From Macrostomum lignano (lineage: Eukaryota): 64,000 bases of DNA. This document shows positions 23,284 through 44,800 of this stretch, one piece after another (position 1 is the stretch's first letter; the number at the start of each line of letters is the position of its first letter). Below the pieces are notes generated by a model. That model did not search any database and had not been told where the DNA came from. It was given only the letters and a program-made list of their open reading frames with translations. The DNA is taken from positions 124,001 through 188,000 of the forward strand of contig NIVC01001489.1 of NCBI GenBank assembly GCA_002269645.1. Reading direction: 5' to 3'. The translations under genes and the position numbers were made by a program.

Positions 23284-25048
23284 ACAACTCAAGCTGGTGG
23301 AACTGGATGATTTAATTGATACAGCAGTTTCGTTTTTTTTCATGCCTGTTTCGTTTCTTTAGTGAGATCTTCTCTTTAGCTCGACTCTGATGCAACCAAC
23401 ATGCTACGTCGTTAATAATTCAAGTAATCTTCCTTAAAGTGATACAAATCAACAAATTCGTGCCTCAAAAGTGCTCATTGGTATTTTATATTTATATTTG
23501 TGTTTCCATTCAATTGAATTTTCGCGCCTGTGAAATATGAAAGTATTTTTGGCTCTATTTTTTCAATATTACGCTCGTATATCTTTTTTTCCTGAATTCA
23601 ACATTTAAGAGTATATTTTCTGCAGATACTACTAAAGATACTATTTTAAATATATTCACCTTTTTACACATGATTTGCAAAAATTCTTTACTAGCATACC
23701 GTTTCGACACATTGATAAGTACAACTTCGAGTGTAATTTAAGCAGGAATGACTTACAGTAAGTTTATCTTTTCTGCCTTCTCTTTAAGTAGTTCAGGAAT
23801 GCAGCCAGTGCCTTCAATGCATACGTGAAGGCGCTCAACTTCTACTCCAGATTCGACGTTCCAAATACAATATTGGCTGCGTGGCATCTTTATCGCCAAG
23901 AGAAAAACAGTTCGTTTCATTGTGTGTGATTACTCGTAATTTACATCACTGAGACCACTTCAAGCCAAAGCCGAACCCGGATGCAGAATTCTCGGCTGAT
24001 AGTACAAGCTGCAAAAACTCAAACTGCTTTCACGTTTGCTTTTATAGCAAACAAGTAGTGCTTATTAACTAGTCATATTGTTAATCTCTTCAGGAGACGA
24101 TGTTCAAAGCAAGAAGCATCCGCCCTGGAAGCCTAGCCTAAGATATTACTTAGATCCCCTAGGAGTTTCGGATCAAAGCATCTGAGCGACCCCCGTGAGC
24201 ATTTCAGCAATACCCTCAGTACCTTGACATTAAAACGATTCCCTCTGAGCCACAGAATTTCAGCGACTCCCCATGAATTTTTATTAGTAGACAAGGCGAT
24301 TCTTTTATTAATGAACCCTAATCCTAACCCAATTCCCCATGACGACCCTTGAGTCACAGCGCTTTAGAGAAATCGGTTGAGCCGTCTTTTTTTACTAAAA
24401 TCAGTTACATAAATCGATTCAAAAGCTTAGTCGAAGCTGGAAAAAAAGTAAAAAATGAAACTAGCAACTCTGGTCTTTTGGTAGAAGAGAAATCAAAAGA
24501 AGAAAGAAATGAAGAGAATTGAGGCCGAGTTATTCTTGTTTAGAATAATTTTATGCATAAGTTCGTGAAGTGGGTGACTCTAACACGATTTTTTTTTATA
24601 ATATATACTCGTAGGTTTGGTGATTACGTCGTAAAAAAAGGAGACAAAGAGGCAGGGGGCAGGGCAGCCCGGGTGCGCAAAAACCACTCAGAAGGTTGGG
24701 GGTGGGGCGGCTCAAGCACCCATGCCCGCAGGACAAAGAGAGCACACAGCAAGACAGAGGAAGACAGCGTTCGATAAACCCGAAGTGGCTACATGCAAAT
24801 CTTCACATAGTAGCAACAATGACAATAACGCCCTAGCACAAAGCCTGCGGTTACATTGTCTCACAACCAGCGCTGAGGCGACTCTGACCATTCCGCTTGA
24901 TTACATAAGCGCATACTAATACTGTACGCAGCCTCGCATTCATACGCAAAGGGTGTACAGCGGCCCTGACTTTCTAATCATCAGGCATGTACACTCTCTG
25001 TGCCTTGTGGGTATGAATGTGGATGTGAATGTGAATGTGAATGTGGGT

Positions 25049-25995
25049 GTGGCACAGTGGGTGTGAGTCGCAAGATAACTCCTCGGTTAATACTCGTATG
25101 TTGTGCATGAATTGTGGCACAGTCGGTGTGAGTCGCAAGATTATCCCTCGGTTAATACTCGTATGTTTTGCATGACTTGTGGCACAGTGGGTGTGAGTCG
25201 CAAGATAACTCCTCGGTTAATACTCGTATGTTGTGCATGACTTGTGGCACAGTGGGTGTGAGTCGCAAGATAACTCCTCGGTTAATACTCGTATGTTGTG
25301 CATGACTTGTGGCACAGTGGGTGTGAGTCGCAAGATAACTCCTCGGTTAATACTCGTATGTTGTGCATGACTTGTGGCACAGTGGGTGTGAGTCGCAAGA
25401 TAATCCCTCGGTTAATACTCGTATGTTGTGCATGACTTGTGGCACAGTGGGTGTGAGTCGCAAGATAACTCCTCGGTTAATACTCGTATGTTGTGCATGA
25501 CTCTTGGCACAGTGGGTGTGAGTCGCAAGATAACTCCTCGGTTAATACTCGTATGTTGTGCATGACTTGTGGCACAGTGGGTGTGAGTCGCAAGATAATC
25601 CCTCGGTTAATACTCGTATGTTGTGCATGATTTGTGGCACAGTGGGTGTGAGTCGCAAGATAATCCCTCGGTTAATACTCGTATGTTGTGCATGACTTGT
25701 GGCTCGTATGTTGTGCATGATTTGTGGCACAGTGGGTGTGAGTCGCAAGATAACCCCTCGGTTAATACTCGTATGTTGTGCATGATTTGTGGCACAGTGG
25801 GTGTGAGTCGCAAGATAACTCCTCGGTTAATACTCGTATGTTGTGCATGATTTGTGGCACAGTGGGTGTGAGTCGCAAGATAACTCCTCGGTTAATACTC
25901 GTATGTTGTGCATGATTTGTGGCACAGTGGGTGTGAGTCGCAAGATAACCCCTCGGTTAATACTCGTATGTTGTGCATGACTTGTGGCACAGTGG
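25049..25995. repeat. 65-bp minisatellite (~14 copies)
   Basis: GTGGCACAGTGGGTGTGAGTCGCAAGATAACTCCTCGGTTAATACTCGTATGTTGTGCATGACTT repeated head-to-tail with no unique spacers; one partial unit near 25700. Confidence 0.92.
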
Positions 25996-26835
25996 CCGCC
26001 CACTGAATAGAACCAGGGGTCGCAGCAACTCTTGCATTCTATGCGGGTAAACTGCTTTTGTGATGCAAAGGTAAAAGCCAAATTGATGGTCTGTGAGTGC
26101 AGCAGAGGTCACGAGGGAGAGGGCTGCAGTGTCAGGCCAGGGCGGGTGACTTGGAAGAGAAAACCACCGAGTGCTACACTGGCACGGTTGTGTAATCGTG
26201 CATGAGTTCAATATTTACAGTATGAGTCATAGCTCCTACGAGCGTACATAGGCATACGAAATTAGAAACATACTAATCTACGGGGGGTTGCTGCCATTGA
26301 AAAATGATTTAAAACGATTGAAAATTTCTAATCAAAGTTTTCTTTTTAAGTTCCTGTACTGCGAGTGACGGAAGTAAGGACTGTTTGATTGACAGCACTG
26401 AAAAGAGGAGATGCTGCTCATAAAGAGATGAATTGAATTAAATGCAGCTATTGACTGTCTTCGTTTGTCAATTAATACCTGTGCAGTTGTTGAGCTCTGC
26501 TTTAGGCTCAATCTCAGCTCTAACCTGAGAATGTTGAAGTATTTGATAATAAGACACAAAATGCAGGTCATTCAGGTTTTAAAGCTTCTAATGACTGGGC
26601 GTTTCCTTACTTGAGTAACCTTTAAGAAGCAGCGCAATTGGAAACCAGCAAGAGATACGCAAAGATGTAGTCTCAAACTTCATCAGAGTTCTTTATGTCA
26701 TTGTATCTAATGGCTTATTTTCTGTTCAATTCTACGAAGTAGCAAAAATATAATCGGACTTTTGTGTCTCACTGTCTCGTGCTAATCAGTGCTAATTCGT
26801 AACAAATAACCATGCAGTACTAACCAGTATCAAAT

Positions 26836-27100
26836 TAGCCCAGTAGGGGTTGTAGCCTTGTGATTTGATCGTTGGACTCACGACTGAAAGGTCGGGGGTT
26901 CGATTCTCGACCCACTCTAAAATATTTGTGTCATTGAGCAACACACTTAACTCTGCATTGCTTTAGTTCACCCAGCTGTAAAATGGGTGCCAGCATTAGC
27001 TGGGGTAATTGAGGGTGTGTGGCGACCCCCCAGTCCTTGGACTGAACAGCCGTACGCAGCCTTCAGTTGTGTCGCACAGTAGCTGCGGCTGAGCTGTCGG
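26836..27100 (+). mobile_element. tRNA-derived SINE with a CORE-like domain
   Basis: A-box-like TAGCCTTGTG and B-box GGTTCGATTC, followed by GTGTCATTGAGCAACACACTTAAC...CACCCAGCTGTAAAATGGG, similar to the CORE/MIR core. Absent from the paralogous upstream region of copy B. Confidence 0.65.
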
Positions 27101-27426
27101 TTGAACATCTGGCCTCGCAATAAGGCCAGGCTCGAACCTCTCGTGCCAACTGTTTCAACTTCGTTTCGGCTTTGTCAAAGGCTGAATTTGTCTTGATATG
27201 GTATGAGAACTCTAACAGCAGCAGTAGCAGCACTTAGCAAACAGTAATGACTAGTCTTAACGAGACGAAGCCAGGGCGTTTTTTACGACTCAGTTTAAGT
27301 ACTGTCAGTCAGTAGTCTCGTCATGAGCAATGTTATGTTAAAGACTAATTCTAAAGCACTCCAATCTCACTTGGCCAATAGGGGGAAACGGTTATTTTTG
27401 GCTCTCTTCATGACTCAGCAGAGGGC

Positions 27427-27433
27427 TATAAAA
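27427..27433 (+). promoter_or_regulatory. TATA box of ADAM copy C
   Basis: GAGGGCTATAAAAG, 81 nt upstream of the ATG at 27508. Confidence 0.6.
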
Positions 27434-27507
27434 GAGACTGTCCACTGCACTCGACCAGTTGAGAGATTGTAATACTGGAACAACTGGATTTTTTGATGCA
27501 TTTTCGC

Positions 27508-33452
<5,945 letters not shown>

Positions 33453-33773
33453 GCGAGTAGTTCTGGAATTGAAATCAATATTTTACTGAACACAATGCAA
33501 ATCTGACAGTTAGAGTAGAATATTTAAGCAGATTTAAATGCCATTATATTTTTGTACCGGATTTAAAAAAGAAACATTTGCAACTGTCCGAAAATTTTGC
33601 TGGAGGCTTTCGTTGCAAAATGCATTGGTGAGACAAAAAAATTAGTTTTTAGGACTAAATTTCCAATGTGTCACCTTCTGGACTTCCCCTAGCAGAAGCG
33701 TCTTTGTGCTTCAGTTGTCTGTGCTGTTCTACTGTATACCGAATTGCAGACAGATTAAATATACAGAGCCTCT

Positions 33774-34233
33774 CAGGTAGAGTTGCTTGCTTTGCAAATA
33801 ATGTGAATAAAAAACCCACAATAAACATTTGTAAGTCGACGCGTTTCGCGTGACGCAAAAAATTGATGAGTAAATAATTATTCTGTACATTATTATTGAT
33901 GAATAATTATCGACCCATGTACATCTGACCATAAAGTTGAGATTCTTTAGGCCATGCACATAAAAGCTTTGTCCCCCAACCTCAACACTCAACTACAACA
34001 TAGTGGCGCAGGCCATGTTCTCCGTGATTTTTAAGTTTTGAGAGAGAACGCGGACTACGGACTGCACTGCTCTGCCAAAGTTTCCGTCCGTGTGCCATCA
34101 ATTTTTTGCGTCACATAAAAACTTATTATCGTTAGCCTCGGTTCTTTTCGTTCTAATAAAATAAACCTGAAGATGCACCCGGACTGCGAAACGCGTCGAC
34201 TTACAAATGTTGGTTGTTGGTTTTTTATTCACA
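33774..34233. mobile_element. 460-bp insertion with ~47-bp inverted repeats and a 10-bp target duplication
   Basis: CAGAGCCTCT flanks both sides. Inverted repeats at ~33802-33849 and ~34186-34233. The paralogous 3' flank of copy D (~46460-46480) has the empty site. Confidence 0.7.
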
Positions 34234-35338
34234 CAGAGCCTCTAACGAGTTTTCCAAAATCAAATCTATGAAGTAAAAATCGCTAAGAGAGATGCGTCTC
34301 CATAAATCAATCTGAAACTTAATGCAAGCAGGGATTAATTACAGTATGTTTATGTAATGCCGTCGCTTCCGACTCTTTGATGACTACTGCTGCTGCCTAC
34401 TAACTCTCCCTCTGGCTGTCCTTAACAACTTGCACGGCAGGTAGCTGGCCTGAGTGGTTTAGCACTATGGTCAGAGAACCCTCGCTTAGTCTCTATCAGG
34501 TTACAATTAGATATTAAACCGAGTTGGTAGTTGGGTTGCTGCCACCTTGTAGGTCTACAGGTAATATCCTTGACAGGCTATCCCTAGGTAGGCCTACTGT
34601 AAGTAGAAAATAAAAAAAGACAAGGCAAGTCAGTTAAACGTTTATTAATGTGAGTAACGGTCACAGGCCGATCCTAAATTATCGTTTAATTGCTCAGCTG
34701 GTGTCGCAGTAACCAGCCCTAAGCCTTATTAGGTGTCAATTTGATGTTGCCCCACAGCGTAGGTTGTAGGCCTTGAGACCGGGTCCAGACGGTGTTGAAG
34801 GTCTGGCGTGCTGTCGACACAATAGCCTGCGGCAGTCTTAATGAGCAATGGCAGCTGCTAGGTTATCCCTAGGAAAAGCGTCTAGCGAATCTGCCTAAGC
34901 TAGTCCGTCTAGGAAAAGCATCTAGGAATACTAGCTCTTGCTCGAAGCCAAGCAGGCGGTCTCCGAACGGATGGTCTCTTTTAGGCCCTCACCTACTCCG
35001 TATTTATACTAAAATCTGGGGCGGGCTCAGGGCCAATAGAAAGCTCAGAGTCAGTTCCGTGGCAGATCTCGAGGCAGTTCCGTGGACTACCCGGAGCCAG
35101 AAACGATCTCGGAGGTGTCCATAAGACATCTGCCTCATCACGAGTCCTCCGCATGGCCTACTGGTACACTGCTTACATGTTGCAGCATGCAAGGAGTGTA
35201 ACCAAGACCCCACGAGAGCCTACCCCGGGCGGAGAGCTATGCTCTCGTTCCCGCAGACTAACAGAGACTGTACTAAGGGAGAAATATCCCACTGACTAAC
35301 ATTCTATTTTTAGCCTATTGCAGCCTGCGCCAGGGCTC

Positions 35339-38949
<3,611 letters not shown>

Positions 38950-39048
38950 TGGCACTGAAGAAGATCAGCTGCATTCTTGTTCTAGCAAAGAACTACTTAA
39001 CAGTAGGAATACCAAGCCATTTTTCCGCCCGTCGAACTGCCAAGAGGG

Positions 39049-41049
39049 GGGGGGGAAATTTCCCCCCCCTGACAATTTTTTTGCTGCGCCGGAACGGAGC
39101 AACGCAACAAAATTCAAGAACACGGGCTAACTTTTTGTTGCGCGCCAGTGTATTCAGTACACCCCTGTGCGCCAAATAGCACTGCGCCTCAGTGCAGCCT
39201 TGCCAAGTCTCCAAATTTCATCAGCACGTCGACCAAATGTGTCTGCATCAGTTCTGACTTCGTTGGTTACTGGCCTTCACCGAGACGGAGCTTCTAGACC
39301 TTCAACAGGTGGCAACAGGTGACTATGAACACCTTGATGCGAATTTCTCTAGTTTCACCGATCAAGCCTTGACAGTAGGCAAGCCTCAACTGCCAGACAC
39401 CCTCAGCTAGTCTCCTGAGCATTCCTTCATCATCCCGACACCGTCGGCACCTTCAACAGGTGGCATCAGGTTACTATGGACGTCCTGTTGCAAATATGTC
39501 AGGTCTTTCTTACCAAGCTTCAATAATGGGCAAACCTCAACCGACGGACATTGTCAGCTAGTCTCTCAAGCATTCCGTCATCATCCCGATGACGTCGGCA
39601 CCTTCAACAAATGACACCAGATGACTATGGACAACCTGATGCTGATTTCTCTAGTTTCGCCGATCAAGCCTCGACAGTGGGCAAAAATCAACTGCTGGAA
39701 ATTCTCAGCTAGTCTCTCAAGCCTTCCGTCATCATCCCGACGCCGTCGGCTCCTTCAACAGATTACACCAGGGGACTATGGACAGCCTGATAAGAATTTC
39801 TCTAGTTTCGCCGATCAAGCCTCGATAGTGGGCAAAAATCAACTGCTGGACATCCTCAGCTAGTCAGTCAAGCATTCAGCCATCACCCCGACGCCGTCGG
39901 CACCTTCAACAGGTGGCACCAGGGGAGTAAGGACACCTGAGCGTGATTTTTCATCATGCTCTTAACATTTCTGAATCATTAAAAAATGAAAAAACGGATT
40001 GAATTTACTGGCTTCTGTAGGGCGTAGGCCGTGCGCTGCACTCTCTGCCCCACATTATTATTCATGACTCATTCTCTCGCCTAAACTTGTTTACCAATTC
40101 TCGACCAATCGCGCATCGCTGCACCCCACCCCACAATATTGACTAATAAATATATTGAGTAAACAGAGCCATACAGAGGCCACCTTTTCGGCACGCAAAC
40201 CCTGACTTCACAGCTTCTTAGAAGCATAACCCTTTCTGCATAAAAATTCGGTTCAATATTATAGTTGAATAAACTAAACAGCTTTTCGAATAAAATATGT
40301 ATGTAGCTCGTATGCATAAAAGTATGTGTAATAATAATATAAATATACAGCAACATGAGTTCAAGCTTAACTATAGCAATGTCCGTGCTTTAAAAATTTT
40401 GAGAGCTTCAGAAATGTTAAGAGCATGATGAAAAATCACGCTCAGGTGTCCTTACTCCCCTGGTGCCACCTGTTGAAGGTGCCGACGGCGTCGGGGTGAT
40501 GGCTGAATGCTTGACTGACTAGCTGAGGATGTCCAGCAGTTGAGGTTTGCTCATTATTGAAGCTTGATAAAAAAAACCTGACATATTTGCAACAGGCTGT
40601 CCATAGTCACCTGGTGTAATCTGTTGAAGGAGCCGATGGCGTCGGGATGATGACGGAAGGCTTGAGAGACTAGCTGAGAATGTCCAGCAGTTGATTTTTG
40701 CCCACTGTCGAGGCTTGATCGGCGAAACTAGAGAAATTCGCATCAGGGTGTCCATAGTCACTTGGTGTCATCTGTTGAAGGAGCCGACGGCGTCGGGATG
40801 ATGACGGAATGCTCGAGAGACTAGCTGACAATGTCCGTCGGTTGAGGTTTGCCCATTATTGAAGCTTGGTAAGAAAGACCTGACATAGTTGCAACAGGAC
40901 GTCCATAGTCACCTGATGCCACCTGTTGAAGGTACCGACGGTGTCGGGATGATGAAGGAATGCTCAGGAGACTAGCTGGGGGTGTCTGGCAGTTGAGGCT
41001 TGCCTACTGTCGAGGCTTGATCGGTGAAACTAGAGAAATTCGCATCAAG
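39049..41049. mobile_element. Foldback-like element: arms of tandem 151-bp subrepeats around a ~430-bp spacer
   Basis: 39333-39974 is the reverse complement of 40407-41049. CCTTCAACA recurs at 39299, 39450, 39601, 39752 and 39903. The right arm lacks the terminal segment. Confidence 0.75.
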
Positions 41050-41485
41050 AAAAGAAAAATGATAAACATATTGTAAATAATCCTTGCTTGCATTACGCTC
41101 GAAGCTGTACATCATCAACTTGTCGAAACGGCTTTCTTGGTAAAGAGAATTGTTGCAACATCATGATTAAAATCTGAATACCTTCAAAAGATTATGTTTA
41201 GTATTCGCCGAAAACATACTCTTGAATCTTCAATTCAGGAATAAATGAGATGTAATATTCGAGGGCAAAAGACAGCCAAAATTTCTTTCATGTTTTACAT
41301 CCTGCGAAAAATGAATTGAATGGAATCTGAAATAGAAAAATTAAATATCGATGAGCACTTTTAGTCACGAATTTGCTGATTAGAGTTTTTTGGAAGCTTA
41401 CTTGAAGTAGTTAGCTCAATGTTCATAGCAATAAATTAAAAACTGTAATATCAATTAAATGATAGAGTTCCAACGGCTTGAGAGT

Positions 41486-41593
41486 TCAGAGATACCTCGG
41501 CAGCGGCCGCTCGGGCCAGGCCTGATGCGAGGGCAAGGTGTACCCAGGCGGAGTGTACCCAGGCGGGGTGCACCCAGGCGGGGTGTACCCAGT
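41486..41593 (-). pseudogene. Inverted remnant of an A/B-type ADAM terminal exon (with its 3' flank at ~41240-41480)
   Basis: The minus strand reads TGYTPPGCTPPGYTPPGYTLPSHQAWPERPLPRYL*, compared with VYTLPSPQAWPER...PRYF* in B and SPQAWSERPPPRYF* in A. Confidence 0.75.
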
Positions 41594-41679
41594 CATTCAG
41601 AAAATTTTCCGATTGAATTCTTTTTGACTGGTAGAGATTAATAAACACCCTCTACCAGGTCGCTCCTTATTGCTTGGCA

Positions 41680-41860
41680 TGGATAGAGAAGCCACCCACC
41701 TCACTCTAATCACTTCTCATAGGCTAATATGAATAGAGAAGCCACTTGCCTCACCCCAGTCGCTTCTTATTGGCTTTACTAAATAGAGAAGTCACCCAAC
41801 TCACTCCAGTCACTTTTCATTGGCTGAGATGAATAGAGAAGCCACCCACCTCACTCCAGA
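41680..41860. repeat. 50-bp minisatellite (4 copies) abutting the first surviving exon of copy D
   Basis: ATAGAGAAG(C/T)CAC at 41683, 41733, 41783 and 41833. Confidence 0.85.
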
Positions 41861-41878
41861 CGAATAGGAATCCTTCAG

Positions 41879-44800
41879 TGCCCAGGACTTTGACGGCGGC
41901 AAAACCCTCGGTTTAGCCTGGCTAAGGGCTACCTGCAATAAGTTAATCTCGTGCGGATTGGTTGATGTGAGTACAGGCTCGTAACCGTTGCTTTCTTCTT
42001 ACCTGGTTGAGAGTTACAAACCAATTCACTGAAGACAAGTTTGCATGAACCCGGAGGAGATCTCCACCGCTCTGGTTCTGACCCACGAGATCGGGCACAA
42101 CCTCGGCTTCGAGCACATGCAGGACTTCACTGCGTGCCAGTGCAATCGGTCGTCAACTGGCTGCATAATGAACTCTTATCTCGCGTCCGAAACGCGGTGA
42201 GTGTGGAAATTTAACAGTTTACAGAAATTTGAACAGCTGTGAGCTGGTATCGGTTTTACAATCGATTTCCCATGCTCCACTGCTGCACGGAAGCTCTGGG
42301 CTGGTCATCCTGCACCTTGGACACCTGGAGCTCGCAAGCCAGCGAGACAGACCGACACAAACAGACACAGACAGACACAGACAGACACACAGAGACACAG
42401 ACAGACACAGACAGACACACAGAGACACAGACAGACACAGACAGACACACAGAGACACAAACAGACACAGACAGACACAGACAGACACACAGAGACACAG
42501 ACAGACACAGACGCAGGCAGACACAGGCAGACACAGACAGACACAGACAGACACACAGACAGTGAATGCTTCACGAGGCTGAACGTCGAAAGCGAGTTCT
42601 TAAAATATTTTTTTACATCAATGAACTGGTTCTGATTTCGTAATTTCTATAACTGAATCTGTTTTCTCACTGTGAGGCGCACGCCAGGTAGGAAAAGGTT
42701 GGCGTAGTTGAATCCGAGACTGATAAGTTCGTAAGCCGCATGTGGCAGTGGCCGTAGAGGTACTCGCTTCTGACGTTTAGCCTGGTGAAGCATTCGCTGT
42801 CTGCGCTTCTGGCTGCGGAAGAGAACAGCCGCTGGCACTGGGCGGTTGAGGACCTGCACTGTCCTTTGTAGCAGAAGGCCTGGAGAACAGCGAGCGGTCG
42901 GAAAAGGTTAGTATAATGTTGTAGGCCCAATTTAAATTCTCGCGTCACTATGGAAACATAACTCGGAAAATAATTTTTGTTTAAATGAATCTGGTCCCCC
43001 ACCCCAATCTTATTATAAATACACGGGAGTTTTGCGCCCAGAGAGGGAACCGAGTTCCGACCGAGACTTTTCAGTTATATCTTTGGTTCATAGGCGAATT
43101 GCCTATAAAATTGAAGAAGTGTTCCAAGCCTTCCTTCATTTGCTAGAAAAGCTAAGAGCGAATGCTCATTGGACAGAAAGTAGAAATTACCAAGAGCAAG
43201 AGACGAATAGTCTAAAAGCCAATTGCGTACTTGCAAAGAGCAGAGGCGTAGCCAGCCAATAGAAAGGGGAGATATATCCCAATAGAAATATTCGAACTGA
43301 ACAACCAATGGGAAGTCGTATATGACAAGAGCAAATCCGTAAGAGGAAATTGAAACTCACCGGGCAACCTCGATCCATTGGAGGACGCTGCTTTAGGACT
43401 TAGTCATCCCCCCTCTCTCCCTAGCTAAACAGTGTCTTGCCGCTCGGGCACTGCGCGCTACCAGGGCAATCCGTGCTTACGTGAAAGCCCATAATCTTAA
43501 CTCCGTGACACCGTATTTTAATAGTCCACAACGAACCTAATAGCTAAATTTATGAAATTCTAGAATTATAGCAAATTTTATCCTAATACAACATGGTGAT
43601 TGCGGTAAAATTTAGAGAATAATAATGGTCCCCTACAACAACTTGGTGACAGCTGTAGAATTGTGAATAGGCAGAGGAATTCCCCTACAACAACTTGGTG
43701 GCACAGCGAGATAAAATACAATAATAGTAAAGAGGCCTACAACAATAATGCTTTTGTTACTAGTACGTACCTCACTTTTGAAGGTGATGTGAGTTACAAA
43801 ATTATTAATGTAAAAAAATATTACATCAATAGAAATTACGAAATCAGGACCAGTTTATTTAATGTAAAAAAATATTTTTAGTATGGAGCTTTTAGTAAGT
43901 CAGTTGGCTTACTAAGAGAGTATTTATCTTCAAATTAATTTTCGAGTACAGAAGATCTATTATGAGAACTAAAATAGGGTTCTTTGCTGCGCAGGAACGG
44001 AACAAAGCAGGCACAGGAAATTCAAGAACATGGGATCATATTTTGTTGCGCATTTCGACCACATGTTTCGGCATCAGCTCCGACTTCGCTGGTCACTGAC
44101 CTTCACCCAGGCGGAGCTTCTGGACCTTCAACAGATGGTACCAGGTGACTATGGATACCCTGTTGCGAAATAACTTTAAAAAATGGCAACCTCAACTGCT
44201 GGACATCCTCAGCCAGTCTCTCAAGTACGAGTAGTCTGTAGTCATCCAGACGCCGTTGGCTTCTTTAAAGGGTGACAAAAAAGTGATCAAGGACGCCAAA
44301 TTTCATTTCTGAAGCTCGTAAAACTTAATTCTGCGCATAAAGGTGGCTTTAATTAAGTTTAACCTTTCATTACTGTATTTTAATATTATAAATTCTTTTA
44401 AAGATATTGCTACTCACTGGCTATAAATATTTTATTTGGTAACTTTTTTAGTTTATGAAAGTATAAACTGAAATGCCTTTATGCAGAAATGGCCTTGCCT
44501 TTAGAGATTAACAAAATATTGAATTCAGTGCCCCACAAACGAAACCTCAGAAAACGTAAAAACTGCTAATACAATCAAAATCAAAATAAAATTAGTGCGA
44601 AGGTATGACAGCTGCTACTGTACACTCGACAGAAGCTATTACTTACATGTGGACGAAATTGTTTCTGATCGTAATAAATTCTTTCTCGATTTCATGTGCC
44701 GCCTGCGTATCAACTTTTTAAAATCTGCTCAGGTGTCCATAGTCCCCCGATGCCACCCGATGAAGGTGTCGACGGCGTCGAGGTAATAACGGAATGCTTG

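Noticed and set aside
25049-25995. CRISPR array
   Set aside because: Units are head-to-tail with no unique spacers, there are no cas genes, and the context is eukaryotic.
26836-26915. Functional tRNA gene
   Set aside because: A/B boxes are present but there is no convincing cloverleaf, and it runs into a CORE-like SINE body.
34435-34570. Second tRNA-derived SINE
   Set aside because: An A-box-like TGGCCTGAGTGG is present, but no B-box or tail could be supported.
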